From contig CAZYUH010000001.1 in NCBI GenBank assembly GCA_964650645.1, positions 411,032 through 475,031 on the forward strand: a stretch of 64,000 bases of DNA. Direction: 5' to 3'. A program made the position numbers and the translations under genes. This document shows positions 55,205-64,000 of the stretch, piece after piece; position 1 is the stretch's first letter; each line of letters begins with the position of its first letter. This DNA is from an uncultured Candidatus Saccharibacteria bacterium. GTDB lineage: Bacteria > Patescibacteriota > Minisyncoccia > Phycocordibacterales > SBAW01. The notes below the pieces were generated by a model. That model was not told the origin of the DNA. It saw only the letters and a program-made list of their open reading frames with translations, and ran no database searches.

Positions 55205-56623
55205 ATGAAGCGCTTTTTAAGGAAGGTCAGGAAAGTGAAATTGAGCCGGGTCCAGGAAATCGCTCTTTTGTGCGGCGCAATGGCCCTGCTTATCATGGCG
55301 GCGGTATTCGTAAGCGGCGGCGGCATGGAGCGCGTCGCGCGCGCGGTCGCGACGGGCGGCATTTCGCCCTGGTCGCAGACGGCGAGCATCTTCCCGTGCT
55401 CCTGGACCGGCAACTGCAGCCCGACCTCTGCCAGCAATGTGTACGGTTTTTCCGCGAGCCCGACTTCGGTTGCAGCAGGCCAAGCCGTTACCTTGGCGTG
55501 GACTTCTGCGAGGGAAGTCGGGGGGAGCTTCATCCCCGCATGCCAGGGCCCTTATGCGACCGGCAAGACGTACAATATGCACTGCTACATTTACCCGGGC
55601 GGCGCTGAGGTATACACCGGAGACATTTCCGGCGGCGTGACGGTGTATCCTGCGGCGGGCACTAACACGTATACCTTCTGCTCCCAATTCATGCAGGATC
55701 AGGGATACCCCTGCCTCAATGCGACCGTTGTTGCTGCCGCGCCGCCGCCCGTCATTCCGACGACCCTCGCCTTCGCAGCGGTCCCGACTTCGGTCCAGAG
55801 CGGAAGCCCGGCCTCGCTCTCGTGGACGGGCGTTAAGGGCACGAGGTTCTCCGCCTGCCGGCTGGTCGGCGGGCAGTGGGGCGCGAGCGGCGCGTGGTTT
55901 ACCGCGCATCCGGGGAGCATCAGCACCTCGCCGCTCACCACTACGACCACCTACAATATGGCCTGCTACGACACTGACGGAGCTTCCACTCCGTGGAGGA
56001 GCGCGACCGTGACCGTCACCGCTCCCGCAGGTCCTGACATCTGCACCGACGTCCCTGGCGTGCAGAACAGCGTGCCCCCCGGGTGCGCGGGCCCGGTGCC
56101 GAGCCCTGTGGGCACCTGCGTTCCGAGCGGCTCGACCTACGACGGCAGCGCGTGCGTGCCCTTGCCCGTGTGCACGGGCGCGCACCAGGTAGGTACGCCG
56201 CCCAACTGCGCGTGCGACGTCGGCTACCAGATGCAGGGCGGCTCCTGCGTGCAGATGCAGTGCCCGGGCGCGCACGAGGTCAATTGGCCCGCATGCTCGT
56301 GCGAAGCGGGATATGTGCGCGACGCGGGCACGAATGCCTGCGTCCGCGAGCCCAAGCTGGATATCACCGTTAACGGGCAGGAGGCCGTACGCGTGCGCCG
56401 CGGCAGCGATGTAACCGTCGCCTGGAGCGCCACGGGCGTGACCGCCGGCTCCTGCCGCGTTACCACTAATACCGGTGCCACTCTGGCATCCGCTGACTCG
56501 GGCTCCCAGGCAGCGACCGTAGACCACCAGACTACCTACACGCTTTCGTGCACTAACGATGCCGGGTCTGGGGTTTCAAAAGAAGCGAACGCCACCCTCA
56601 TTCCCGAGGTTATCGAGCAGTAG
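55205..56623 (+). CDS. Large secreted mosaic protein L4: Ig-like and EGF-like Cys-rich domains, terminal domain ending PEVIEQ
   Basis: VARA cleavage; DICTDVPGVQN..PPGC; CACDVGY, CSCEAGY; RVRRGSDVTVAWS...IPEVIEQ. Confidence 0.8.
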   Translation: MKRFLRKVRKVKLSRVQEIALLCGAMALLIMAAVFVSGGGMERVARAVATGGISPWSQTASIFPCSWTGNCSPTSASNVYGFSASPTSVAAGQAVTLAWTSAREVGGSFIPACQGPYATGKTYNMHCYIYPGGAEVYTGDISGGVTVYPAAGTNTYTFCSQFMQDQGYPCLNATVVAAAPPPVIPTTLAFAAVPTSVQSGSPASLSWTGVKGTRFSACRLVGGQWGASGAWFTAHPGSISTSPLTTTTTYNMACYDTDGASTPWRSATVTVTAPAGPDICTDVPGVQNSVPPGCAGPVPSPVGTCVPSGSTYDGSACVPLPVCTGAHQVGTPPNCACDVGYQMQGGSCVQMQCPGAHEVNWPACSCEAGYVRDAGTNACVREPKLDITVNGQEAVRVRRGSDVTVAWSATGVTAGSCRVTTNTGATLASADSGSQAATVDHQTTYTLSCTNDAGSGVSKEANATLIPEVIEQ

Positions 56624-56644
56624 GGGAGCGCAACGGCAAAGATT

Positions 56645-56676
56645 GAAGGAGGGGCCGGCGCCAGCCGGCCCCCTTC
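56645..56676 (+). terminator. Hairpin after the L/S array
   Basis: GGGGCCGGC-gcca-GCCGGCCCC. Confidence 0.5.
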
Positions 56677-56721
56677 GGTTGCGGATACGGGACAAATCGG
56701 CTATACGAGCCTCGACGCCCA

Positions 56722-56785
56722 TATACCCGTCGCTCGCTCGGAAACAAGCCCCTGGGGCTTGTTTCTCCCGCTTCGCTAGGGTATA
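56722..56785. repeat. Nested palindrome (REP-like) upstream of rplY
   Basis: TATACCC...GAAACAAGCCCC-T-GGGGCTTGTTTC...GGGTATA. Confidence 0.55.
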
Positions 56786-56805
56786 GTGGGCGCACACTTA
56801 TATAT

Positions 56806-57450
56806 ATGGAACTTACCGTAGAAAAGCGCGGCCAGGAGGCGAAGCCGAAGGCGCTCCGCGACAAGGGCGTCATGCCGGCCGTCGTGTACGGCCGCTCGGA
56901 GGAGCCGGCCTCTGTCGCCGTGGACCTCAAGGCCTTTTCCAAGCTCTACAGGCAGGCGGGCGAGTCCTCGGTCATCACCCTCAAGGGCCTCGGCGCCGAC
57001 AAGCAGGTGCTTATTCACGACGTGGCATTCGACGCCGTGTCCGGCGCGCCCATCCATGCCGACTTTTACGCCATCCAGAAGGGCCAGAAGGTGACCGTAT
57101 CCGTTCCCTTCGAGTTCGAGGGCGTCTCGCCGGCCGTGAAGGACCTCGGCGGCATCCTCACTAAGGTTATGCACGAGCTCGAGATTACCTGCGAGCCTGC
57201 CGACCTCCCGCACGCCATAAAGGTGGACATCTCCAAGCTCGCTACGCTCGATGACCAGATAAAGGTGGGCGACCTGGCGCTTCCCAAGGGTGCCGAGGTG
57301 TCCGTAGACGCCGACGAGGTCGTGGCCATGGTATCGGTAGCGCAGGAGGAGACCGAAGAGGCCGCTCCCATGGACATCTCCCAGATAGGCGCCTCGGTAG
57401 AGCGCGGCAAGAAGGAGGAAGACGCCGCCGAAGGCGACTCGAAAGAGTAA
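56806..57450 (+). CDS. rplY: 50S ribosomal protein L25/CTC
   Basis: LRDKGVMPAVVYG, PIHADFY, VSVP..F.G.SPAVK.GG, PADLPHAIKVDIS.L, acidic tail. Confidence 0.95.
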   Translation: MELTVEKRGQEAKPKALRDKGVMPAVVYGRSEEPASVAVDLKAFSKLYRQAGESSVITLKGLGADKQVLIHDVAFDAVSGAPIHADFYAIQKGQKVTVSVPFEFEGVSPAVKDLGGILTKVMHELEITCEPADLPHAIKVDISKLATLDDQIKVGDLALPKGAEVSVDADEVVAMVSVAQEETEEAAPMDISQIGASVERGKKEEDAAEGDSKE

Positions 57451-57466
57451 TTCTGAACGCATCACG

Positions 57467-57496
57467 AACGGCCCCGGTAACTCCCGGGGCCGTTCT
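57467..57496. terminator. Terminator hairpin
   Basis: GAACGGCCCCGG-taactc-CCGGGGCCGTTC. Confidence 0.6.
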
Positions 57497-57520
57497 GCGT
57501 CTGGTATACTGACAAGAACC

Positions 57521-58891
57521 ATGACGATAGGGCGGTATATTGCTGTTGCGCTGATGGGGACGCTGCTCGGGGCCGGGGCGCTCTTTGCCGCGGCGCCGCA
57601 GTCGCGCGTGGCGGCCCAGGAAATGAGCCCCGAGCAGCGCGCTCAGCTCCAGGCCCAGTACGACCAGCTGCAAAAGGAGATCGAGCAGTACCAGAAGATA
57701 ATCGATGAGACAAAGGCGAAAGCGAACACTATACAGGGCGACGTCACCATACTCGATGCCCAGATAAGGAAGGCGCAGGCCGAGATAAACCAGCGCACGT
57801 CGGCCATAAGCTCGCTCTCCGCGACCATCAACCAGAAATCGAAGGCCATCGCCACGCTCGAGACCAGGCTTGAGGACGGCCGGGCCTCCATGGCAAAGCT
57901 CCTGCGCGAGAAGAGCTTCAGCGACAACACCTCGCTCGTCGTACTGGCGCTCTCGGGCGGGACGCTCACCGAGTTCTTCCAGAACGCCGACCATATCGAC
58001 TCGATAGACGAGAAGCTCCAGGAGAAGTTCGACGAGCTGCGCGGGGTAAAGACCCTGACCGAGGCGCAGAAGGAGGAGCTGGCGCTCCAGCAGAGCAGGC
58101 AGCTCGACGCGAAGAAGGATGTCGAGGCGAAGAAGACGGTCATCGACCAATCGAAGACCGAAAAGAAGAACCTGCTTGCCGCCACCAAGAGCGACGAGGC
58201 CGCGTACAACCAGGTGCTCGCCGACCGCCAGGCCAAGGCGGCGGCCATCAGGGCGGCGCTGTTCCCGCTGCGCGATGCCGCGGCCATCAATTTCGGCGAA
58301 GCGCTGAAGTACGCGCAGGCGGCGGAAAAGGCGACCGGCGTCTCCGCCGCGCTCTCGATGGCGATACTCACCCAGGAGTCCAACCTGGGCCAGAACGTCG
58401 GCCAGTGCTACATGACCAACGACGCCACCGGCGACGGCAAGGGCAAGAACACGGGCACGCCGTTCAAGGGCGTCATGCATCCGACCCGCGACGTGCCGCC
58501 GTTCCTCGCGCTCTCGGCCAAGCTCGGCTTCGACCCGCATACGCAGGTGGTATCGTGCCCTATCGCCTCCGTCGGCGGATGGGGCGGCGCCATGGGCCCG
58601 GCGCAGTTCATCCCCTCGACGTGGGCCATATACGCCGCGCGCATCGCGTCCGCGCGCGGCAAGGCGGTCGCCAACCCGTGGGACCCGCAGGACGCCATCA
58701 TGGCCATGTCGTTCCTCTTGTCCGACAACGGCGCTTCCGCAGGCGGCTACACGGCCAACTTCAATGCCGCGGCCCGCTACTACGCCGGCTGGAACGGCCC
58801 CAACACCACGGCGGGGAAGAATTACGCCGCGCAGGTCATGTCCAAGGTTGCGGGCATCCAGAAGAACATAGACTACCTGGCCGGCATCTAA
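57521..58891 (+). CDS. Secreted coiled-coil (PcsB/CwlO-like) plus lytic murein transglycosylase (SLT_2-like)
   Basis: Signal peptide, long heptad region, AILTQESNLG, GGAMGPAQFIPSTW, ANPWDPQDAI, RYYAG. Confidence 0.85.
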   Translation: MTIGRYIAVALMGTLLGAGALFAAAPQSRVAAQEMSPEQRAQLQAQYDQLQKEIEQYQKIIDETKAKANTIQGDVTILDAQIRKAQAEINQRTSAISSLSATINQKSKAIATLETRLEDGRASMAKLLREKSFSDNTSLVVLALSGGTLTEFFQNADHIDSIDEKLQEKFDELRGVKTLTEAQKEELALQQSRQLDAKKDVEAKKTVIDQSKTEKKNLLAATKSDEAAYNQVLADRQAKAAAIRAALFPLRDAAAINFGEALKYAQAAEKATGVSAALSMAILTQESNLGQNVGQCYMTNDATGDGKGKNTGTPFKGVMHPTRDVPPFLALSAKLGFDPHTQVVSCPIASVGGWGGAMGPAQFIPSTWAIYAARIASARGKAVANPWDPQDAIMAMSFLLSDNGASAGGYTANFNAAARYYAGWNGPNTTAGKNYAAQVMSKVAGIQKNIDYLAGI

Positions 58892-58947
58892 GCGCTCCGG
58901 CACGCAGTCGGCCCTGCCGGCTTTTTTGATGATAAAATGAAGGGCAA

Positions 58948-59778
58948 ATGAAAAAGATGCGCGGCTTCACGCTCATTGAGCTCCTGGTGGTTATAGCCAT
59001 TATCGGCATACTGGCCTCCATCGTAATCGTGTCGCTTGTCAGCGCGCGGCAGAAGGCGCGCGTTTCGGCGGGCAAAGCGCAGGATGCGAGCATGCGCAGT
59101 GGAATGAGCGACAGGCTTTCCGGAGAGTGGGCCTTCAACGAATGCGCGGGCACGACAGGCGCCGATACCTCCGAGTCGGGCAACACCGCCACGCTCGGCA
59201 GCCCTGTCTGGTCGACCGATACGCCGTACGGCACCGGATGCTCGATAGAGTTCGGCCCGTCTACCTACATGTACACGGCCGCTCTTATCGACAATCCGCA
59301 GGTATTCACCATAAGCATCTGGTTCAAGACCTCTGTCGCATCGGGCGCGCGGCTTATGGGCTTCGCGTCGCTTGGCGCCTGGAGCTATGACCGCCAGCTT
59401 CATATGGGTACGAACGGATTGGTGTACTTCGGATGGTATGACAGCGGCAACGTCAGGTACGTGGCCTCAAGGGGCGCCCTCAACGATGGCCAGTGGCACC
59501 TGGCCGTCGCCACGTTCAGTAACGGTACCGGATCGCTCTACATAGACGGAGCTCTGCAGGGAACGCTTTCGGCAGGATTGGCTGAGAACTATAGCGGGTA
59601 CTGGCGGGTCGGCTACGGGCCGATGTCCGGGTGGCCTGGGGGAGCCGACGGCTCCTTCCTGGGCCTCTTGGACGACGCGCGCCTGTATACAAGCGCCATT
59701 TCTGCCGCTGAAGCACAAAAGCTGTACGCCGCAGGGCCGGGCGCCGAGGCGCCCCTGGGCCCGGTCGCCGCGCGCTGA
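58948..59778 (+). CDS. Type IV pilin with C-terminal LamG/concanavalin-like domain
   Basis: RG|[20 protein letters not shown]; [41 protein letters not shown]. Confidence 0.9.
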   Translation: MKKMRGFTLIELLVVIAIIGILASIVIVSLVSARQKARVSAGKAQDASMRSGMSDRLSGEWAFNECAGTTGADTSESGNTATLGSPVWSTDTPYGTGCSIEFGPSTYMYTAALIDNPQVFTISIWFKTSVASGARLMGFASLGAWSYDRQLHMGTNGLVYFGWYDSGNVRYVASRGALNDGQWHLAVATFSNGTGSLYIDGALQGTLSAGLAENYSGYWRVGYGPMSGWPGGADGSFLGLLDDARLYTSAISAAEAQKLYAAGPGAEAPLGPVAAR

Positions 59779-59818
59779 CGCCCTTGCTCCGGCATCGTTT
59801 CGATGCTATATTCAGGGC

Positions 59819-60037
59819 ATGAAAACGGAGACCCACCCGACATACTTCCCCCAGGCCCAGGCCGTCTGCGCGTGCGGGCGCTCCTTTACCGTAGGCTCCA
59901 CCCGCGAGAAGCTCGAGGTGGAAATCTGCTCCGAGTGCCATCCGTTCTACACCGGCAACGAGAAGATCCTCGACACCGCCGGCCGCGTAGAGAAGTTCAA
60001 GGCCCGCCGTACCGCCGCCGCCAAGAAGTCCAAGTAA
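59819..60037 (+). CDS. rpmE: 50S ribosomal protein L31 (Cys4 zinc type)
   Basis: [33 protein letters not shown]. Confidence 0.96.
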   Translation: MKTETHPTYFPQAQAVCACGRSFTVGSTREKLEVEICSECHPFYTGNEKILDTAGRVEKFKARRTAAAKKSK

Positions 60038-60086
60038 CTCCCGAGAGGGCCCTCTGGTATCATTGCTGGAGGGCTTTTTCATTTGC

Positions 60087-61061
60087 ATGAGCGACCTATC
60101 CCACTACAAGGAAAATCCGAAAACCGCGTACCTGTACGCGGAGCTTGAGCGCCTGCAGAAAGAGGAGGCGGACACCCGCGCGCTCGAGGGCGAGCTGGGC
60201 GACCTTGCCGCCGAGGACCTCAAGCGCATCGGGGAGCAGAAGGCCGCGACGCTTGCCGAAATGGAGCGCATCGTGGCGCTCGAGAAGAAGGAAGAGGAGT
60301 TCCCGAACGAGGCCGTGCTTGAAGTGCGCGCGGGCGTGGGCGGGGAAGAGGCGGCGCTTTTTGCCGAGCAATTGGCGCGCATGTACCAGGGCTACGCCGA
60401 AGAGGCGGGCTGGTCCGTCAAGACCTTGAGCGAAGCGAAGACCGACCTCGGGGGCTACAAGGAAGCGGTCTTCGAGATACGGGGCCTCGGCGTGTACGAG
60501 CGCCTGCGCTTCGAGACGGGCGTGCACCGCGTCCAGCGCATCCCGGCTACCGAGAAGCAGGGGCGCATCCACACCTCCACCGCGTCGGTGGCCGTCCTGC
60601 CCATACGCAAGAAGCACAAAGTGGTCATCAACCCGGCCGACATCGAGTACGAGTTCTCGCGCGCGGGCGGCGCCGGCGGCCAGAACGTCAACAAGGTCGA
60701 GACTGCCGTGCGCATCATCCACAAGCCCACCGGCATAGACGCGCGCAGCCAGGCCGAGCGCTCGCAGAACGCGAACAAGGAGCGCGCCATGGCCGTGCTC
60801 ATGGCCAAGCTCGAGCAGGCGCAGGAGGAAAAGGAGCGCGCCAGCTACGCGGCGACCCGCGCCGAGCAGATAGGCACCGCTGACCGTTCCGAGAAAATCC
60901 GCACCTACAACGAGCCGCAGGACCGCATCACCGACCACCGCATCCGCACATCCTGGTCCAACATCCCCAAGGTCATGGGCGGCGACATCGGCCGCATGCT
61001 CGACGAGCTGCAGGAGGCGCAGGGACGCATGGCCGGGGGAGGGGACGCCTCCGAGGACTGA
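60087..61061 (+). CDS. prfA: Peptide chain release factor 1
   Basis: Start ATG 60087; [26 protein letters not shown] (PxT), [28 protein letters not shown]. Confidence 0.95.
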   Translation: MSDLSHYKENPKTAYLYAELERLQKEEADTRALEGELGDLAAEDLKRIGEQKAATLAEMERIVALEKKEEEFPNEAVLEVRAGVGGEEAALFAEQLARMYQGYAEEAGWSVKTLSEAKTDLGGYKEAVFEIRGLGVYERLRFETGVHRVQRIPATEKQGRIHTSTASVAVLPIRKKHKVVINPADIEYEFSRAGGAGGQNVNKVETAVRIIHKPTGIDARSQAERSQNANKERAMAVLMAKLEQAQEEKERASYAATRAEQIGTADRSEKIRTYNEPQDRITDHRIRTSWSNIPKVMGGDIGRMLDELQEAQGRMAGGGDASED

Positions 61062-61062
61062 T

Positions 61063-62049
61063 ATGCGCCGCGTATACATAGCCAGGGGGGCCGTTGCCGT
61101 TTTGGCGCTCGCAGTCCTCGTATTCTGGCAGAGCGCGCGGGCGCCGTTCGCTTCCATTCTCCAGCCCGCGCCGGCACCCGAGGCGGACCCGAGCATCCTT
61201 TTCATGGGCGACATCATGCTCGACCGCAGCGTGGCGCGCCATGCGGCCGCTTCTTCGGCCGGCGCGCTGTTTGCGGGGGTCCTGCCGCTCATGGGCACCG
61301 CCGACGCCCGCGTCGCAAATATCGAGGGCGCCATTACCACCAACCCGTCCATTGCCCAGGTGGACCACACCATCCTTCATTTCACCTTCGACCCGGCGCT
61401 GGCGCAGGCCGCGCTCGCGCCGCTCCGCCTTGACGCCGCGAGCCTCGCCAACAACCATGCGTACGACTTCGGGCGCGACGGCTACGACGCGACGCGCGGC
61501 TACCTGGAAGCGTGGGGCATCAGGCCTTTCGGACATCCGTACAACGCGCGCGGGCTCTCGGCCGCGCTGGACGTGCGCGGCAAGCGCTTCTGCTTGGTGG
61601 GCTACCACAGCCTCTACGACCCTTCGACTGCCGAGGCGGCGGGGGAGATAGCTCGCCTGCGGCCAGAGTGCTACAAAATAATCGCGTTCGCGCACTGGGG
61701 CGAGGAGTACGTGCCGGTCGCCAATGCCGCCCAGGCCGCCCAGGCGCACGCGCTTATAGACGCCGGGGCCGACCTCGTCATCGGCGCGCACCCGCATGTC
61801 GTGCAAAACGTGGAAGAGTACAAGGGCCGCGCCATATTCTACTCATTGGGCAACTTCATGTTCGACCAGAATTTCTCGTGGGCCACCACCCACGGCCTGG
61901 CGGTCAAGGCGACCTTCGGGCCAACCTCGACCGCGTTCGTTTTGACCCCGATAACCATAAAAGGTCAAGAGGCGACGCTGGCAGGCGGGGACGACGCCCG
62001 CCGGGTCCTCGAAGCGGCCGGCCGCCTTGCAGAGTTCTCCTTGCCGTGA
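61063..62049 (+). CDS. CapA (poly-gamma-glutamate synthesis-like) metallophosphatase-fold protein
   Basis: GDIMLDR, ANIEG, SLANNHAYDFG, HWGEEY, GADLVIGAHPHVVQ, YSLGNFMFDQ. Confidence 0.92.
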   Translation: MRRVYIARGAVAVLALAVLVFWQSARAPFASILQPAPAPEADPSILFMGDIMLDRSVARHAAASSAGALFAGVLPLMGTADARVANIEGAITTNPSIAQVDHTILHFTFDPALAQAALAPLRLDAASLANNHAYDFGRDGYDATRGYLEAWGIRPFGHPYNARGLSAALDVRGKRFCLVGYHSLYDPSTAEAAGEIARLRPECYKIIAFAHWGEEYVPVANAAQAAQAHALIDAGADLVIGAHPHVVQNVEEYKGRAIFYSLGNFMFDQNFSWATTHGLAVKATFGPTSTAFVLTPITIKGQEATLAGGDDARRVLEAAGRLAEFSLP

Positions 62050-62132
62050 TATTCTTGCCTGGTATTTAAGGCCACGGGCCGTTTTTATGTGCCCTGTCAG
62101 GGCGCATTAGATACATCAGAATCAAGACCTAC

Positions 62133-62870
62133 ATGGCAGACAAAAACCCCGTCATAGACAAGCTTTTCTCCGTCGGAGCGCACTTCGGCTACTCGCCCTC
62201 GCGCCGCCACCCGAGCGTTTCCAAATACATCTTCGGCGCAAAGGGCGGCGTCGAGCTGTTCGATCTCGAGCAGGTCGCCTCGCTCCTTTCCGAGGCCGTT
62301 GAGTTCGTCTCCAAGCTCGGAAGCGAGCGCAAGACCCTGCTGTTTGTGGGCGGCAAGGCCGAGGCCCGCGAGGCGCTCAAGCGCGCCGCGGAGCGCGTGG
62401 GCCAGCCGTACTCGGCCGGCCGCTGGATAGGCGGCAGCCTCACCAACTTCGGCGAGATAAAGCGCCGCCTCAACCGCCTCGACGAGCTTACCGACATGCG
62501 CGAGAAGGGCGAGCTCGCCAAGTTCACCAAGAAGGAGCGCCTTCTGAAGGATCGCGAGATAGCCGACCTCGAGAGCATGTTCGGCGGCCTCAAGGGCATG
62601 AGCAAGAACCCCGACGCGCTCTTCGTCGTCGACCCTAAGGCCGAGGCCGGGGCCGTCGCCGAGGCGCGCCAGCTCGGCATCCCGGTCATCGCCCTCATGA
62701 ACTCCGACTGCGACCGCAGCAAGGTGACCTACCCGATACCGGCCAATGACGCCGCGCGCGATGTAATACAATACGTGGTGGGCGAGGTTGCCGACGCCTA
62801 CGAGAAGGCGCTCGCGACGGCCGCTCCCGCAGCCGCTGTCCCCGCAGCGCCCGCCGCTTCTACCAACTAA
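62133..62870 (+). CDS. rpsB: 30S ribosomal protein S2
   Basis: GAHFGY, LLFVGGK, RWIGGSLTNF, PDALFVVDP, IPVIAL.NSDCD, YPIPAND. Confidence 0.96.
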   Translation: MADKNPVIDKLFSVGAHFGYSPSRRHPSVSKYIFGAKGGVELFDLEQVASLLSEAVEFVSKLGSERKTLLFVGGKAEAREALKRAAERVGQPYSAGRWIGGSLTNFGEIKRRLNRLDELTDMREKGELAKFTKKERLLKDREIADLESMFGGLKGMSKNPDALFVVDPKAEAGAVAEARQLGIPVIALMNSDCDRSKVTYPIPANDAARDVIQYVVGEVADAYEKALATAAPAAAVPAAPAASTN

Positions 62871-62883
62871 GCTGTTTTCACAT

Positions 62884-63342
62884 ATGTCCACCATCACCCC
62901 CGAGCAGGTCAAGGAACTGCGCGAGAAGACCGGCGTTTCCGTCATGGAGTGCAAGAAGGCGCTTGAGCAGTCAGGGGGCGATATGGATGCGGCGCTCAAG
63001 GTTCTCAGTGAGCGCGCGGCCGCGACGGCAGGAAAGAAGGCCGACCGCGAGCTCGGGGCCGGCACCATAGCCGCCTATATCCACGCCAACAAGCAGGTGG
63101 GCGCCATGGTGTCCCTTGCCTGCGAGACCGATTTCGTATCGAAGAACGAGGAGTTCGCGGCGCTCGCGTACGACATCGCCATGCACGTCTCGGCGATGCG
63201 CCCGGCCTCCAAGGAGGAGCTCCTGGCCCAGCCCTACATCAAGGACGGCGAGAAGACCATCGCCGACCTCGTCTCCCAGGCGACCCAGAAGTTCGGCGAG
63301 CGCACCGAAGTGGCCGACTTCAGTTGTTTTGCGGTCGCGTAA
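62884..63342 (+). CDS. tsf: Elongation factor Ts (short, 152 aa)
   Basis: Start ATG 62884; VKELREKTGVSVMECKKAL, CETDFVS, IAMHVSA, LLAQPYIKD. Confidence 0.95.
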   Translation: MSTITPEQVKELREKTGVSVMECKKALEQSGGDMDAALKVLSERAAATAGKKADRELGAGTIAAYIHANKQVGAMVSLACETDFVSKNEEFAALAYDIAMHVSAMRPASKEELLAQPYIKDGEKTIADLVSQATQKFGERTEVADFSCFAVA

Positions 63343-63358
63343 GGGGTACACTTAGCGG

Positions 63359-63769
63359 GTGGCCATCTTCCTTACGGTAACGCTCGCTATCTCGATAGCG
63401 GGAATGATTTCCCTCATCGCGCTCAAGCGCTACGAGCTTTCCTCGGGCCGCGTCCTTCTGGGCTCGGCCCGCCCGGCAGTGGGCAACTTCTTCCACCGCG
63501 GGCTCTCCTGGATTGAGTACGTCCTGCCGGGCCTCGTGCGGGTCGGTATTCGCTCGTTCTATACCGCTTCGCGCAACGTCGCGCGCGCATGGTCCTCGCG
63601 CCTCGCGGCGCGCGCTGAGAGCGGCCTTGAGCGCGCGCTCAGCCGCGTGCGCCGCAGCGCGGCCGCCCCGCGCAAGGGCCAGAGCTCGGCATTTTTGCGG
63701 CAGGTCGCCGAGCACAAGAAAAGCCTCCAGGAGAGCGCCTCCGGCCGCGCCACCCGCGCGGAGGAGTAG
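63359..63769 (+). CDS. Hypothetical membrane protein, basic
   Basis: GTG start 6 nt after TACACT; N-terminal TM; C-terminal SSAFLRQVAEHKK. Confidence 0.65.
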   Translation: MAIFLTVTLAISIAGMISLIALKRYELSSGRVLLGSARPAVGNFFHRGLSWIEYVLPGLVRVGIRSFYTASRNVARAWSSRLAARAESGLERALSRVRRSAAAPRKGQSSAFLRQVAEHKKSLQESASGRATRAEE

Positions 63770-63774
63770 AAGAC

Positions 63775-63850
63775 GCCGCCTTAGCTCAGTTGGTAGAGCA
63801 ACTCTTTTGTAAAGAGAAGGTCCCCAGTTCAAGCCTGGGAGGCGGCTCCA
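63775..63850 (+). tRNA. tRNA-Thr(UGU), CCA encoded
   Basis: Acceptor GCCGCCT/AGGCGGC, D-arm GCTCAGTTGGTAGAGC, anticodon loop TTTGTAA, T-arm CCCAG-TTCAAGC-CTGGG, TCCA. Confidence 0.96.
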
Positions 63851-63853
63851 TAT

Positions 63854-63883
63854 AAAAAAACCGCCGGATGCATTCCGGCGGCT
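63854..63883 (-). terminator. Terminator between tRNA and convergent gene
   Basis: AAAAAAA-CCGCCGGA-tgcat-TCCGGCGG. Confidence 0.65.
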
Positions 63884-63901
63884 TGAAGTCGAACAGTCCG
63901 T

Positions 63902-64000
63902 TTACTTTTCGAAGTCAAAGTACCTGGCTTCGGCAAGCCCGATAATTTCCACTTCCTTCGAATCGATAGCATCTCCCGGTTTGTAGACCTTGTCGCCCGT
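63902..64000 (-). CDS. C-terminal fragment of an unidentified gene (TGDKVYKPGDAIDSKEVEIIGLAEARYFDFEK)
   Basis: Open frame from the window edge to TAA at 63904-63902; lower GC than host genes. Confidence 0.5.
   Translation of the reverse strand, partial: TGDKVYKPGDAIDSKEVEIIGLAEARYFDFEK

Noticed and set aside
37138-62049. Alternative genetic code (TGA read-through as in Gracilibacteria)
   Set aside because: TGA ends gmhA, rpiB, prfA and capA at expected positions, and conserved genes are intact under code 11

Overview
High-GC bacterial chromosome segment with the hallmarks of a Patescibacteria/CPR (Parcubacteria-type) genome: short EF-Ts, split transketolase, scattered type IV pilins, mostly leaderless-looking genes. 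The lineage is inferred, not searched. Housekeeping genes (gmhA, secA, ccdA, obgE, gatB, gap, rpiB, rpe, tkt N/C, pfkB, fba, rplY, rpmE, prfA, rpsB, tsf, tRNA-Thr) frame two large accessory surface loci. Locus 1 (12.6-37.1 kb) has two proteins with an N-terminal excisionase-like HTH plus a membrane helix. One is a 6001-aa modular fibre built from phage tail-fibre-like repeats, LVIVD, beta-helix and Gly-rich cassettes, ending in a peptidase-S74 autocleaving chaperone. Two [polyglycine protein + PsbP-like membrane protein] modules follow it. Locus 2 (45.9-56.6 kb) interleaves four mosaic secreted proteins sharing a terminal domain and a P-E-x-x-E-x-COOH motif with four membrane-anchored DUF5666-like proteins. 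A REP-associated tyrosine transposase carries its 21-bp palindrome at both ends and inside its CDS, and copies of the same palindrome flank a cell-wall hydrolase gene 5 kb away. Also present: unannotated small proteins, candidate sRNAs and a lipase/partner pair with a low-GC junction. All family calls come from motif recognition; no database search was run.
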